Part shown: positions 26,801 through 38,200 of the stretch, in pieces
Numbering within the stretch: position 1 is the stretch's first letter
Layout: the number at the start of each line of letters is the position of its first letter
Assembly (NCBI RefSeq): GCF_001194135.2
Contig: NC_068986.1
Location: 42,044,512 to 42,108,511 of the forward strand
Origin: Octopus bimaculoides
Lineage: Eukaryota
DNA length: 64,000 bases
Direction of reading: 5' to 3'
Notes under the pieces: model-generated
Told to the model about the DNA's origin: nothing
The model's database searches: none
The model's input: only the letters and a program-made list of their open reading frames with translations
Position numbers and translations under genes: made by a program

Positions 26801-28170
26801 GTTGCATCATATAATCCTACATAAATCATGTCTGAGAAAAAGACATGGGATAGTCCCGGTTGTGATGCTTATGATCATTGGTTTAATTGAACAAAACTGA
26901 CCTGAAAGTTAAACAATAGTATCAACAATTGTTTTTGTATTCGGGGAAGAGAAATCATTTTTTTTTCCAAGTCAACGTAAAAATTTCATTCGAGTGAAAG
27001 ATGTTGAATTGGTAAAAAGAATAAGCGAATAGGATGTCATGCAACTCCACCTTACCTCTCCTATAAATTTGTACAATTTTATCTGCTTTATTCTATATAT
27101 TTTAGTTCAAGTATTTGTTTGGATTGTTTGTCAAGGTTACAGTTTAGTTTACTAGAAAAGGAAAACTTTTCTCACTGCGAGTAGTCTAATGGAATCCTGC
27201 AGACTGCAGAATAATAAACTAACTTTATTTCTTTCTTACATTTGGACAATTATTTACACCCTACTTTGTCTTTAATTTCTCAACAGAATATTTTCATATC
27301 CTCATACACATGACCGACCAACGTCTTATAAGGACATCATCAAAATTTTAAAGGATTTGGATTTCAAGGAAGAGGTGAAAATATGTTTCGTTATTGCGTA
27401 TGGTGTGCAAGATTCTTGATGTGAACTCGTGTGTTGAAACAAATTTTGTTGTATTTTGGGAGATACATCGCACCAATAATAAACACATGCACTGGCTCAA
27501 TTTCACTCCTTTATTGTTAGTTAACTGATAAGCTATTTAACCAACCAACTAATCGATCGCTTGCTTAATCAGTTAGTTAAACAATCAGAAGAGGGGTGAG
27601 GGTGTGTCATTGATGAGATCAAGAATGGTGATGAAAGGACTTTGACAAACAACTGCTTGATTGTTTAACTAACTAATTAAGCAAGCGATCGATTAGTTGG
27701 TTTGTTAAATAACTAACCAATTCACTAACAATAAAGAAGTGAAATTGAACCAGTGCATGTATTTATTATTGACATAATGACCCTCCCATTATAATACACT
27801 ATCATATATTTAGTTTGAGTTACAAACTATATTTAAAATCTTTAATATCCCGTATTGTTTACATGTAATATTTAGCCACCGAGATCGACTTTGTCTTGTA
27901 TTCGTTCGAGGTCGATAAATGAAGTACCCGAGCTCTAGCTCTTTGCATTCTCCTGGCAGAATCGATCCTTGCGTTCTAAACATGGGCAACATCGGTGGCG
28001 TGAAGTGGGAAGCATCGTGTGCAACTGTCGATCCTCCCTAAAAACGACTTCGTTCAAACTTGCAATTGGGCCTCCTGGATTCTGGTGTTGCATCCATAGC
28101 ATCTACCTTAAGGTAGTACTAGCTGTGAGAAACTCACAGGAATCCCTCCCACCAGATTTAAGCACAACCG

Positions 28171-28201
<31 letters not shown>

Positions 28202-29941
28202 CTTCTTCTTCTTCTTCTTCTTCTTCGAGTGAGAGAAAGAAGAGAGAGAGAGAGAGAGAGGGGGGGGNNNNNNNNNNNNNNNNNNNNNNNNNNNNNNNNN
28301 NNNNNNNNNNNNNNNNNNNNNNNNNNNNNNNNNNNNNNNNNNNNNNNNNNNNNNNNNNNNNNNNNNNNNNNNNNNNNNNNNNNNNNNNNNNNNNNNNNNN
28401 NNNNNNNNNNNNNNNNNNNNNNNNNNNNNNNNNNNNNNNNNNNNNNNNNNNNNNNNNNNNNNNNNNNNNNNNNNNNNNNNNNNNNNNNNNNNNNNNNNNN
28501 NNNNNNNNNNNNNNNNNNNNNNNNNNNNNNNNNNNNNNNNNNNNNNNNNNNNNNNNNNNNNNNNNNNNNNNNNNNNNNNNNNNNNNNNNNNNNNNNNNNN
28601 NNNNNNNNNNNNNNNNNNNNNNNNNNNNNNNNNNNNNNNNNNNNCTCTCCACTTACTGAAGAGATTGCAAGAGTGCAATGAAATGATTAACAAAAAACTA
28701 TATACTGTTTATAAATTAATAAAACTAATTGACATTTTTGTCCTTTGTTTAGGATATTGTGCGAATAGAGAAATCGCTGGCAGCTATTCTTCACCTCACA
28801 TCAATAAACTTTGAAGATGACAATGGAAGAATTCATATAACCACGGAAGATGCTGTTGCGAACGGTATTGTTATTAGTTTTGTTTCCGTTATTTTTTCAT
28901 TATCACTGAGAGGCATAACTTTTGTTTTTCTAAAAAATTGTTTCATAGCTTCGTCAGAGAAGAGAGATAAGTTTGCATAATCAATTAAACCTTGAGAGAG
29001 GCATTATGCCGGTAATAAACACACGCACTGGTTCAGTCCTTTATTAATTTATAAACAGTATATAGTTTTTTGTTAAATCATTTCATTGCACTCTTGCAAT
29101 CTCTTCAGTAACTTGTCTCTCCACTTACTGAAGAGATTGCAAGAGTGCAATGAAATGATTAACAAAAAACTATATACTGTTTATAAATTAATAAAGGACT
29201 GAACCAGTGCGTGTGTTTATTACCGGCATAATGCCTCTCCCAAGGTTTAATTGTATTTCTTTCAACACACGTATCCACATCAAGAATCTTGCACACGAAA
29301 TACACATACGAAATTTGCATAATCAATTGTTGGATTAGTGAATATTCGGGAGAAGGGAAGAGGTTATCTAAAACCGAAATCTTGGCCTAAATGCTTGCAA
29401 CACACCGAACTCGAGTAAAGATACAGAAAGGCATATAGGGTTGCTCAATCAAATGGCGAATTAGATTATGTCTACTATGCAAGAACAGAAGGACAGACCT
29501 GGCTTCCACACAGTCTCCATCTATCAAATGTCACTAACGAGGTTTTGGTTCATCAGAATTTATGGTAGAAATGCTGCAGAAAGTTGCTGCACATGTTTAC
29601 TTTTCCCGTGAACAATGTGTCTTATAACTCTCTGCTTTCGAAGAGTAGTGGATTAGAAACAACAATAACTGGGCATCCTGCTGTAAAATAAAACCTCAAA
29701 TTATGTACCTGCAAAATCCATGCAAGCGTAGAAAGCCAGAGATAAAAAGTCGAAAGAAAACAGCGCGCTTTTATTACTTAACGATGGCCCCGTATTTCTT
29801 CGCGAATCCTCCTTTCTCATTCCAATAAGTTTAATAATTCTTTTTGGAAAATCATAAAAATGATTTCCCTACTATTTTCTATAGGAATAACTCCTGATAT
29901 TTTGCGACTGTATTATATATAATCAATTAGTTAAACATTGG

Positions 29942-29999
<58 letters not shown>

Positions 30000-32147
30000 A
30001 TAATAATAATAATTAACTACATGGACATACACTGAGAAGCTCTCTCCACAAAACAAACTCAATCCAATAACATTGGTGCGATGGAAAGAAAGCTTCACAA
30101 TACAACTGTGGGAAAAGTTCAGTTAAGCAGAGGAACTAAAAATTTGGAAAGACTTTTCTCATATAAAGGGTAGTTTCTTTCTTAAATGCACGATATCTCA
30201 ATGCAACATACGCGAGAACCTGAATCCAGCACCAGGAAACCTGGAAAAGCACCACTTACACAATAAGTACGTAATTTGAATAATTACCTATACATGCGAC
30301 TGTCCACGCATCCATGTACACATGTTAATATTTACAAGCAACAGAAATAATACCTACACGACGTACACGTAAACACAGGGAAAATAAAAGAAAAAACACG
30401 TGTCACGTGCCACCGTACTGAACACAAACCAAAACGGAGCGACTTCCCACAAACAAGTAAAAAAAAGAGCAAATTAGTCACTCAGTTTAAAACATAACCA
30501 AACAGTTATGCCGGGAAACATAGCTACGAACAATAGAGGCGATTTTCGATCTATCAGCCTACGATATGATAAATATATCCATTCGAAGAACAGGCAAACG
30601 GTGTCAAGTCAATTCTGAACAAACAGGCCCGTCTCCTATTGTCCCTGTCAATGCCTTAATGACAAGTCAAAATTCACGCCAGATCGGACATCACCCGGGA
30701 CAACAAGGACCGCGTTACTCAGTAGGGAACTAGACTGCGGGTTAAAAAGTCTGCTGCTGGAACAAGCTCTCTAAAAAACGATCTACTACGTAATCAGATC
30801 CATGATAACTCTAACCCTAGGCCTGTAGTAACACCACCAAAAACATCACCTAAAGCAAGACGCATAAAATGAACTAGAGAGGATTATAGAGATGTGTTGA
30901 AAGCTTACTTTACAGCCCAACTAAATCAAAACAATTACCTCATAGTACAAACTTACATTTCATGGAGAAACTTAGTAGGCAATGAAGTACGCAGATATAT
31001 AAATGTAAATAGCCTAAATAATATACGTAGAGGCATCATTAGAAATAAAAGGTTAACTGACTCTGAAATTAGCCAAATTAAGACACAAATATCTCATGAT
31101 AGACCGAACGAAAACAGTAACAATACAGATGAAATAGGTAAGAAATGCACAGAACCCAGTGTACGAGCAGTACACCCCAACAAGGAAGCTGAAGAAAGAA
31201 TAGCGAAGAAGAGGTATGCGGAAAAAGAGGAGAAATTAGACCTACCTCAAGAATATAAGAATAGGTACGACACAATAATATTTGAGGTTAGAAAAGAATG
31301 CATGGTCAATTTCATGGGGATATTGAAGGTAAGACAGACAGGGAAAAAAGATGGCTGTGGATGACTAAAAGTGATTTAAAACCAGAAACGGAGGCTCTAA
31401 TCTGTGTTGCCCAAGAGCAAGCGCTAAGAGCAAACTACATAAAATACAGAATAGACAACACAGCAGAAAATGATAAGTGCAGAATCTGTGGACAAAATGG
31501 TGAAACCGTATGGCATATTACCAGCTAATGTACGCCACCAGCCCAGAAGGAATATAGGAGACGCCACGACAATATCGCCAGGCTTGTCCATTGGACACTT
31601 TGCAACAGGTATGGACTTGACAGAACAAAAATTTGGTACGACCACAAACCCGAAGGCATCATTGGAAATGTTAATGCAAAGATCCTGTGGGATTTTATGA
31701 CTCAGTGCGACCATGAGATAGAGAATAGGAAGCCAGAGATCGTCGTAATTGAGAATGAAAACAAACTATGCTGGATCATAGATATAGCATGCCCAGCCGA
31801 CAACAAGGTATGCAATAAGGAAGAAAGAAAAGTTGAAAAGATATGACAGGTTAGCTTGGGAAGTTAAGCAGTTGTGGTCGCCTGAAACGGTGGTAGTAGT
31901 AACAATAATTGTCGGAGCCCTGGTAACAGGGAGTAAAAATCTTGAGAAGTACATGAAACAAATAGGGGCTGCAATAAGTGTGGAGCACTTTCAGAAAACA
32001 GCACTGCTTGGTACCGCTCAAATACTCCGAAAGGTGCTCGAAACATAAGAGGTGTTACATTAGTTCACTGGTAGTGAACAGCTGACACCGTAGTACATCT
32101 CCAGTGCTAGAAGGTGTGCAAAGGCAATAATAATAATAATGATGATG

Positions 32148-32207
<60 letters not shown>

Positions 32208-35200
32208 CATACAGAAAATTGCACTACTGGGTACTGCACACATTCTACGCAAAACACTTTCAATACAGTAAACATAAGAGCACCACAGCAAACCACAGCA
32301 CATACCCAAGGCGCACAGAGCTGCGCTCGGTAGNNNNNNNNNNNNNNNNNNNNNNNNNNNNNNNNNNNNNNNNNNNNNNNNNNNNNNNNNNNNNNNNNNN
32401 NNNNNNNNNNNNNNNNNNNNNNNNNNNNNNNNNNNNNNNNNNNNNNNNNNNNNNNNNNNNNNNNNNNNNNNNNNNNNNNNNNNNNNNNNNNNNNNNNNNN
32501 NNNNNNNNNNNNNNNNNNNNNNNNNNNNNNNNNNNNNNNNNNNNNNNNNNNNNNNNNNNNNNNNNNNNNNNNNNNNNNNNNNNNNNNNNNNNNNNNNNNN
32601 NGTGGTGGTGGTGGTGGTGACGGCGACGATGACGACGATGATGACGACGACGATGATGTGAAGAAAAAGTTTACACTGACGAATTAAATATTTAATAGAC
32701 ATGACTTAACGCATTATTTTCTTCAGAAATGAAAAATAAAGAATAATTGGAGAACGGATGAAGACCAATAAAATGATTAAAATGCTATAACGAAGGTAAC
32801 AATGTAATATCAAAAATTATATTGCTTTCTTTTCTCTCGTTTTAGTGGCTGAATTAATGGGTCTGGATTTAACTGAACTCATGAATGTGCTCCTGGAAAA
32901 GAAATTGATGGCACCAGGTTAGCATATTTTATTTTGTATAAGGGAAACATTATTTTCGGACTTGTTATCAAAGAATTAGCTCCAGCAGTGTATATTTCTA
33001 ATGTATCCAATTCGAGTTAGCATTGAAAAGTGGTTTGAAAACCTTAAAGAAAGAAATGATTCTAGCAACGATTTAATAAAGATGTATCCTGTAACATAAA
33101 ACAATAGCTTTGTCGTTGAACAATATGCAATTCTTCTACTTGTTATAATCTACAATTTTTCTACTTCCCATTTTAGAAAGCAGCACAAATTCTATAAAAA
33201 GTTTAAAACGAAATATTAAAGCTGATAATTTATTGAGTGGAGTAATGCCATCCGTTGCAAATAATGTTCTCTTGTGAATCAAAGTGGATAAATTGCTAGA
33301 TTCAGCTGTAAATAAATAAAAAAATAAATAAAAATAAATAAAGTAGAATAATAGAATTGATATAATGTGTCCGTACCCAATACTTGATTTTGCTTTGTGC
33401 ATCCAATAAGTGGTTAATTTCACTTAATTACGATAGCAGAACTCATAAGAGCTGACAGAAACTACTCAATCATGTAAGAATACCGAACTACAATTTTCCA
33501 TGTACCATCTTATACTGTAATGCTGAATCCTTTTTCATGAAAATGAATGCCAAACGAAAGAGGTACTCATTAATGAATTATTTCTAGTTGAAACCATATT
33601 CTCTAGATCGTTAAATCTCCTACCCCAAATGTATTTCATTCTTCTATAAAGCATTTATAAGAAAGTAACGTTTTGGAAATAAGAAAATGATTATGCATCA
33701 TAATTCCTCCTGTTTTCCTAATTTTCTTTCTAGATGATATTGTGAGCACCATCAAGAGCAAAAAACAAGCAGAAGAAGAAAGAGATGCATTTGCTAAATC
33801 TTTATATTCTCGGCTGTTTGCATGGATTATTGCCAAGATGAATTCATCCCTTTCAAGTTCTGATATGTAAAATTTCAATTATTTTAGATTTTAATAATCA
33901 GTTATTCATGTCTAAGGTTAAAACTTATACAAGTAGGGATATTATTGTTAGATGTTTATATCTTTCCGTAAGAGAAAGGTAAGGAGTATTATCGGCTTAA
34001 AATTAAGAATTTTTTTTCTTGAAATGGTAAAAAAATCATCTGATGGACACAACACGAGGCAAGATTTTTTTACTATTCGCTGCTACTCTAAATTAAGAAT
34101 GATATATAAAATACATTTTGTTTTATTACCACCTATTCTCATATATTAATACCAGATAAATTTTTTTACAAAGTATTGCATAAATTGTTGGAACTAAATG
34201 TTTATATTTCGTTCACCTTCGTAATATCAAACGTTCCCCTACTGACTGTTAGACATTACGAAATATTCCGTTTTCTTCTCACTTGTTAAGTTACAATTAC
34301 TGAATGGTTAAAATGTCACCTTTTCGATGAACTGTTTTGTCCTATCTTCACATATTGTCTGAGACACCGTACATTTGTGTCACGTAGAATATTTAGTTAT
34401 TGCAGCACTTCAGAACTTGGCAAATATCTGAGAATAAGGGAGCCTTTTTACAGTCTCTCGACTTGCGATAGATCACAAGCGAATCCCATCTAAATCACAC
34501 CCTGCAGTCTTAAAAAAAGGAAAGAAACAATGTTTTCTTTGCAAAAAAATAAGCAGGACGATCACAGATGCAACGTCTTTGCTCATACGGCACCTTCATA
34601 GGGCTGCCCTGAAGATGAATAACAACAGTTGAGAAAGAAATGAATGAGAAGTAATGACTTTGTTGAATAACGGACTGCCATATAATTTAAATCGTTTTCT
34701 GAGTCAAGATCGAATCAACTGACAAAAAACAAACAATCAAACAAAAAGCAACAAAAAACTTATCCCCAAGACTGAGACATCTCTACAAATTTCTGTTTAC
34801 TCAAATACACAATAAGCCATCCAGTGCAAGCATTTGATCGCCTATATTATATTTCAAGACTATATTTACAGATTGCAGGACGGTTATGAGTATTCATAAT
34901 ACATGTGTTCTTTAAGTGACTGAAGTATTTGATCATATACTTGATTAACAACATAAAGTTAATTACTTATTACAACTCATAGCCTTGTTTAGGTACAGAA
35001 TGGATATTACGAATGGATAGACAATCGATTGAAGGAGCCTAGTACATTACTGATAAGTTCTTTATGGGTCTAGGAAAACGAAAAGTAACGTAGACGTTGG
35101 AAGAGTTACAACCTAGAACGTAGATACATTATTTACATTATTTACGTTTGACAGATATTTGTCATCTTGTTTGTTGTTAGTGGCGTAGTGGTTAAGAGCG

Positions 35201-35249
35201 CAGGCTACTAACCCCAAGATTCCGAGTCCAATTTCAAGCAGTGACCTGG

Positions 35250-35280
<31 letters not shown>

Positions 35281-38200
35281 CAACAACAACAACATCGAAA
35301 AATACCTTAGGAATGAGAACCCAGGTTCGAAATTTCCGCAAGACACTTGATGAAGGATGGAGGGTATATCAGCCGAAACGTTGTGTTAACAATAAACAAG
35401 ATGAGGACAAATATCCGTCAAATGTAAATAATTTAAATAATGTATATTATTCCTCATCTCTTAACTATAGAACTAGAACGTAGATGTACTCATCTAAATA
35501 TCACTAGATTGTATTTATTAAGCATTTCTAGTATGTTCCTCTTACTTTAAACTAATATTTATCAATAAACGAATTTATTTTGCAGGAGAGGCAGTTCGAA
35601 TTCAATTAGCATTTTGGATATGTCAGGATTTGAAAGTCTAGAAACAAACAGTTTTGAACAATTTGTCATAAATTTTACAAATGAAAAATTACAGAGTTAC
35701 CTTGAAAAACACATTTTTACAATGGAAATGGAACTCTACAAAGAGGAAGGAATTCAGTTATTCTATAACAATGACAAATTTAAAGGCAATGAAGAGATAC
35801 TGAATATGTTTGAAAAGGTAAGTAAATTAATTTTACTCGAGGGTTCTGTGGAAATTCCAGACAGATAAGATTACGAGAAGCTGTTTAAGAAAGAAAGGAT
35901 AATTTTTATTTTTATCTTGCTAAGTTATTTCACTTCCAATCACAATAAATATTATATGATTTTAAAATTTCCGTCTGCTAAGCATTTTATATTTCTCTTT
36001 CTCACTACCATCCCAACAAACTTTTTAACCATGTAATTCCCTTCTTCATGTCTTTAACATTTCTCTCTTTCTCTTCACCTTTCCATCCCCACCCTATAGC
36101 ACGTCATTAACAATTCTCTCTCCCACTTTTCTCTCATCGTCTTTTTCCACCGCTCTTTACCTCTCCTTTCAACTAACCACGCGATGCATTTGCCTATAGT
36201 ATATTATTATACTCCTCCCTTCTGTCTTCTCTATTTACACTTCTCTCCCTCTCTCTCTCTCTCACTTTTACTCCACCTCTCACTCACTCCACCTCCACCT
36301 CTCTAGCTAAAGTATAACGGGTGAACGAACAAGCTAATTATTCCATACATAGACTCAATTGCCCACAATTTAATTGCCAAATAAATTATGAAAAAAGATA
36401 AAAGAAACTGTATTTTATATAAAAGTTATTAGCAGAGTTCAACGAGCGGAAAACTTTCATTAAATAGTTTGTTCCTTAACGCTTTTTGTATCTACATACA
36501 AAAAATTTTCTAAAGTCTGATAGTGCGTAGAGATTACAAAGTGATTTTGCTAAGTTAATTAACAATAGTCATAATTACTGTGATTTTTAAGAAACCCTCC
36601 GATAAATCTGACTTTGGGCGTTTATCATTGAAACTGAATTAAATGAGTTATTGTAATTCAGGACACCAACCCACCAGATATTATTCCAATCATAGACATC
36701 TTGAACATACATTCTAAATTTGCTTATCCTGTCTACTTGATTGGCTCAATAATTATTTTAATTCAAAATCTAAATAACAGAAAGTAACAACTGAAATTTG
36801 ATTCTGTACATTCAATGTTTTAAACCTTGCTATTCCTTTAGCTATACAGTTGTGCACTAATTATTCTACGTCATCTGTTAAGGATTTACTTTGTTTAAAT
36901 TAAAATTTATTTAATTAATGCATAAATAGATCTGCAATTTGTTTTAAAGGACTACTAATTGGTTGCCAGTGATTTCGTTGCTAGATTGACTCGAAAATTC
37001 ACGAAATTTGTTGAAATGTATCTTAGGCATATTGGATAATGTTAAGATAATATTTCAGATAGGGATAGATGCCTAAATGTAGCTTGTTTCTTCTAACAGT
37101 TGACTATAGATTGGAGTTCTACATTCTAGAGTATGATATGCTGATTTAATGATTATCTTTTGGTTGGAAACTTACCTGTTGAGAGTGGGACTGTCATGCT
37201 AAGTCTTATATCCTTATAGATATTACATATATGAATAAATACATTATAATTTCAGATGAAGATGAAACAAAAAAAAAAAAATTAATGGACGCAGAATGGG
37301 TTTGACCCCACCAACCACATTCCTGCGTTGAACCGTTTACTTCGTCCATTTTTTTTCTCTGCTTAATTAGGCGCTTACATACCCAACATTCCGACTACTT
37401 TCTTACATCTTGTTTCATACTTTTTTGCCGTCAGGCATTTCTTCTCCAGACATGCTTTACTTCTTAGGTGACATAAAATGAGGTTAACCAAAGCATGCCT
37501 GGAGATGAAGGTGTCTGATGCGATACCTCTTCCACGTGTATTCCATATCACCTCTTTCGCTATAGCTATTACAGTTAAAAAACAGAATTTCTCTTCTCGT
37601 TTTAGAGGAGACGGCGGAACGATCTTAGTAACCGATTAGGCTGACAACTGTACTCTCCCCAGCTGTAACAGTACCCGTTCGGTAGAAACCCTGAGGTTCG
37701 ATTGTACGATTGTATGCCAGGGATCTCTGGAAGTTGTCCATAGGACCTGGGCCGAAAGTCCTTCGATGCAGGTTGGCAAGCCGACTTTCATCGAAACCCA
37801 GAGTGTTCCCCAGGCCGTCATCACTCTTACCCTCTACCAGCCTTTTGTAGTACGTCGAGTTGGTACTCATTCCGCCGGTATTGTTCATTCGGGGGAGAAG
37901 CACGAGCGCCTGTCGACACTCTGCTTGCCAAGCTCCCAGCCTTCGTCTACGCTTGATTCAGCTTTCTAGTTCACCAAAAGAGGTGAACCTGGGAAATAAC
38001 TCGTCAACGAACGGAGACCGTACCCGCTCACCGTCCAGGTAGAGCCAGAGATGCCTCAACCTCAGTGCATGCCTGCGCATCTTTAGCCAGGGCATCCCTA
38101 ACCCACCCTTTAGCGGCTGTAAGTAACAGATAGAGCGCCTTACAAGAGGCCGCCTGCCCTTCCACAATAAATGAAAGAACAAGCTGGCCGACTAATCCCG

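Noticed and set aside
35181-35245. Functional tRNA gene
   Set aside because: The A-box is present but the B-box is degenerate and there is no full cloverleaf; it lies within a TSD-flanked insertion, so it is a SINE head.
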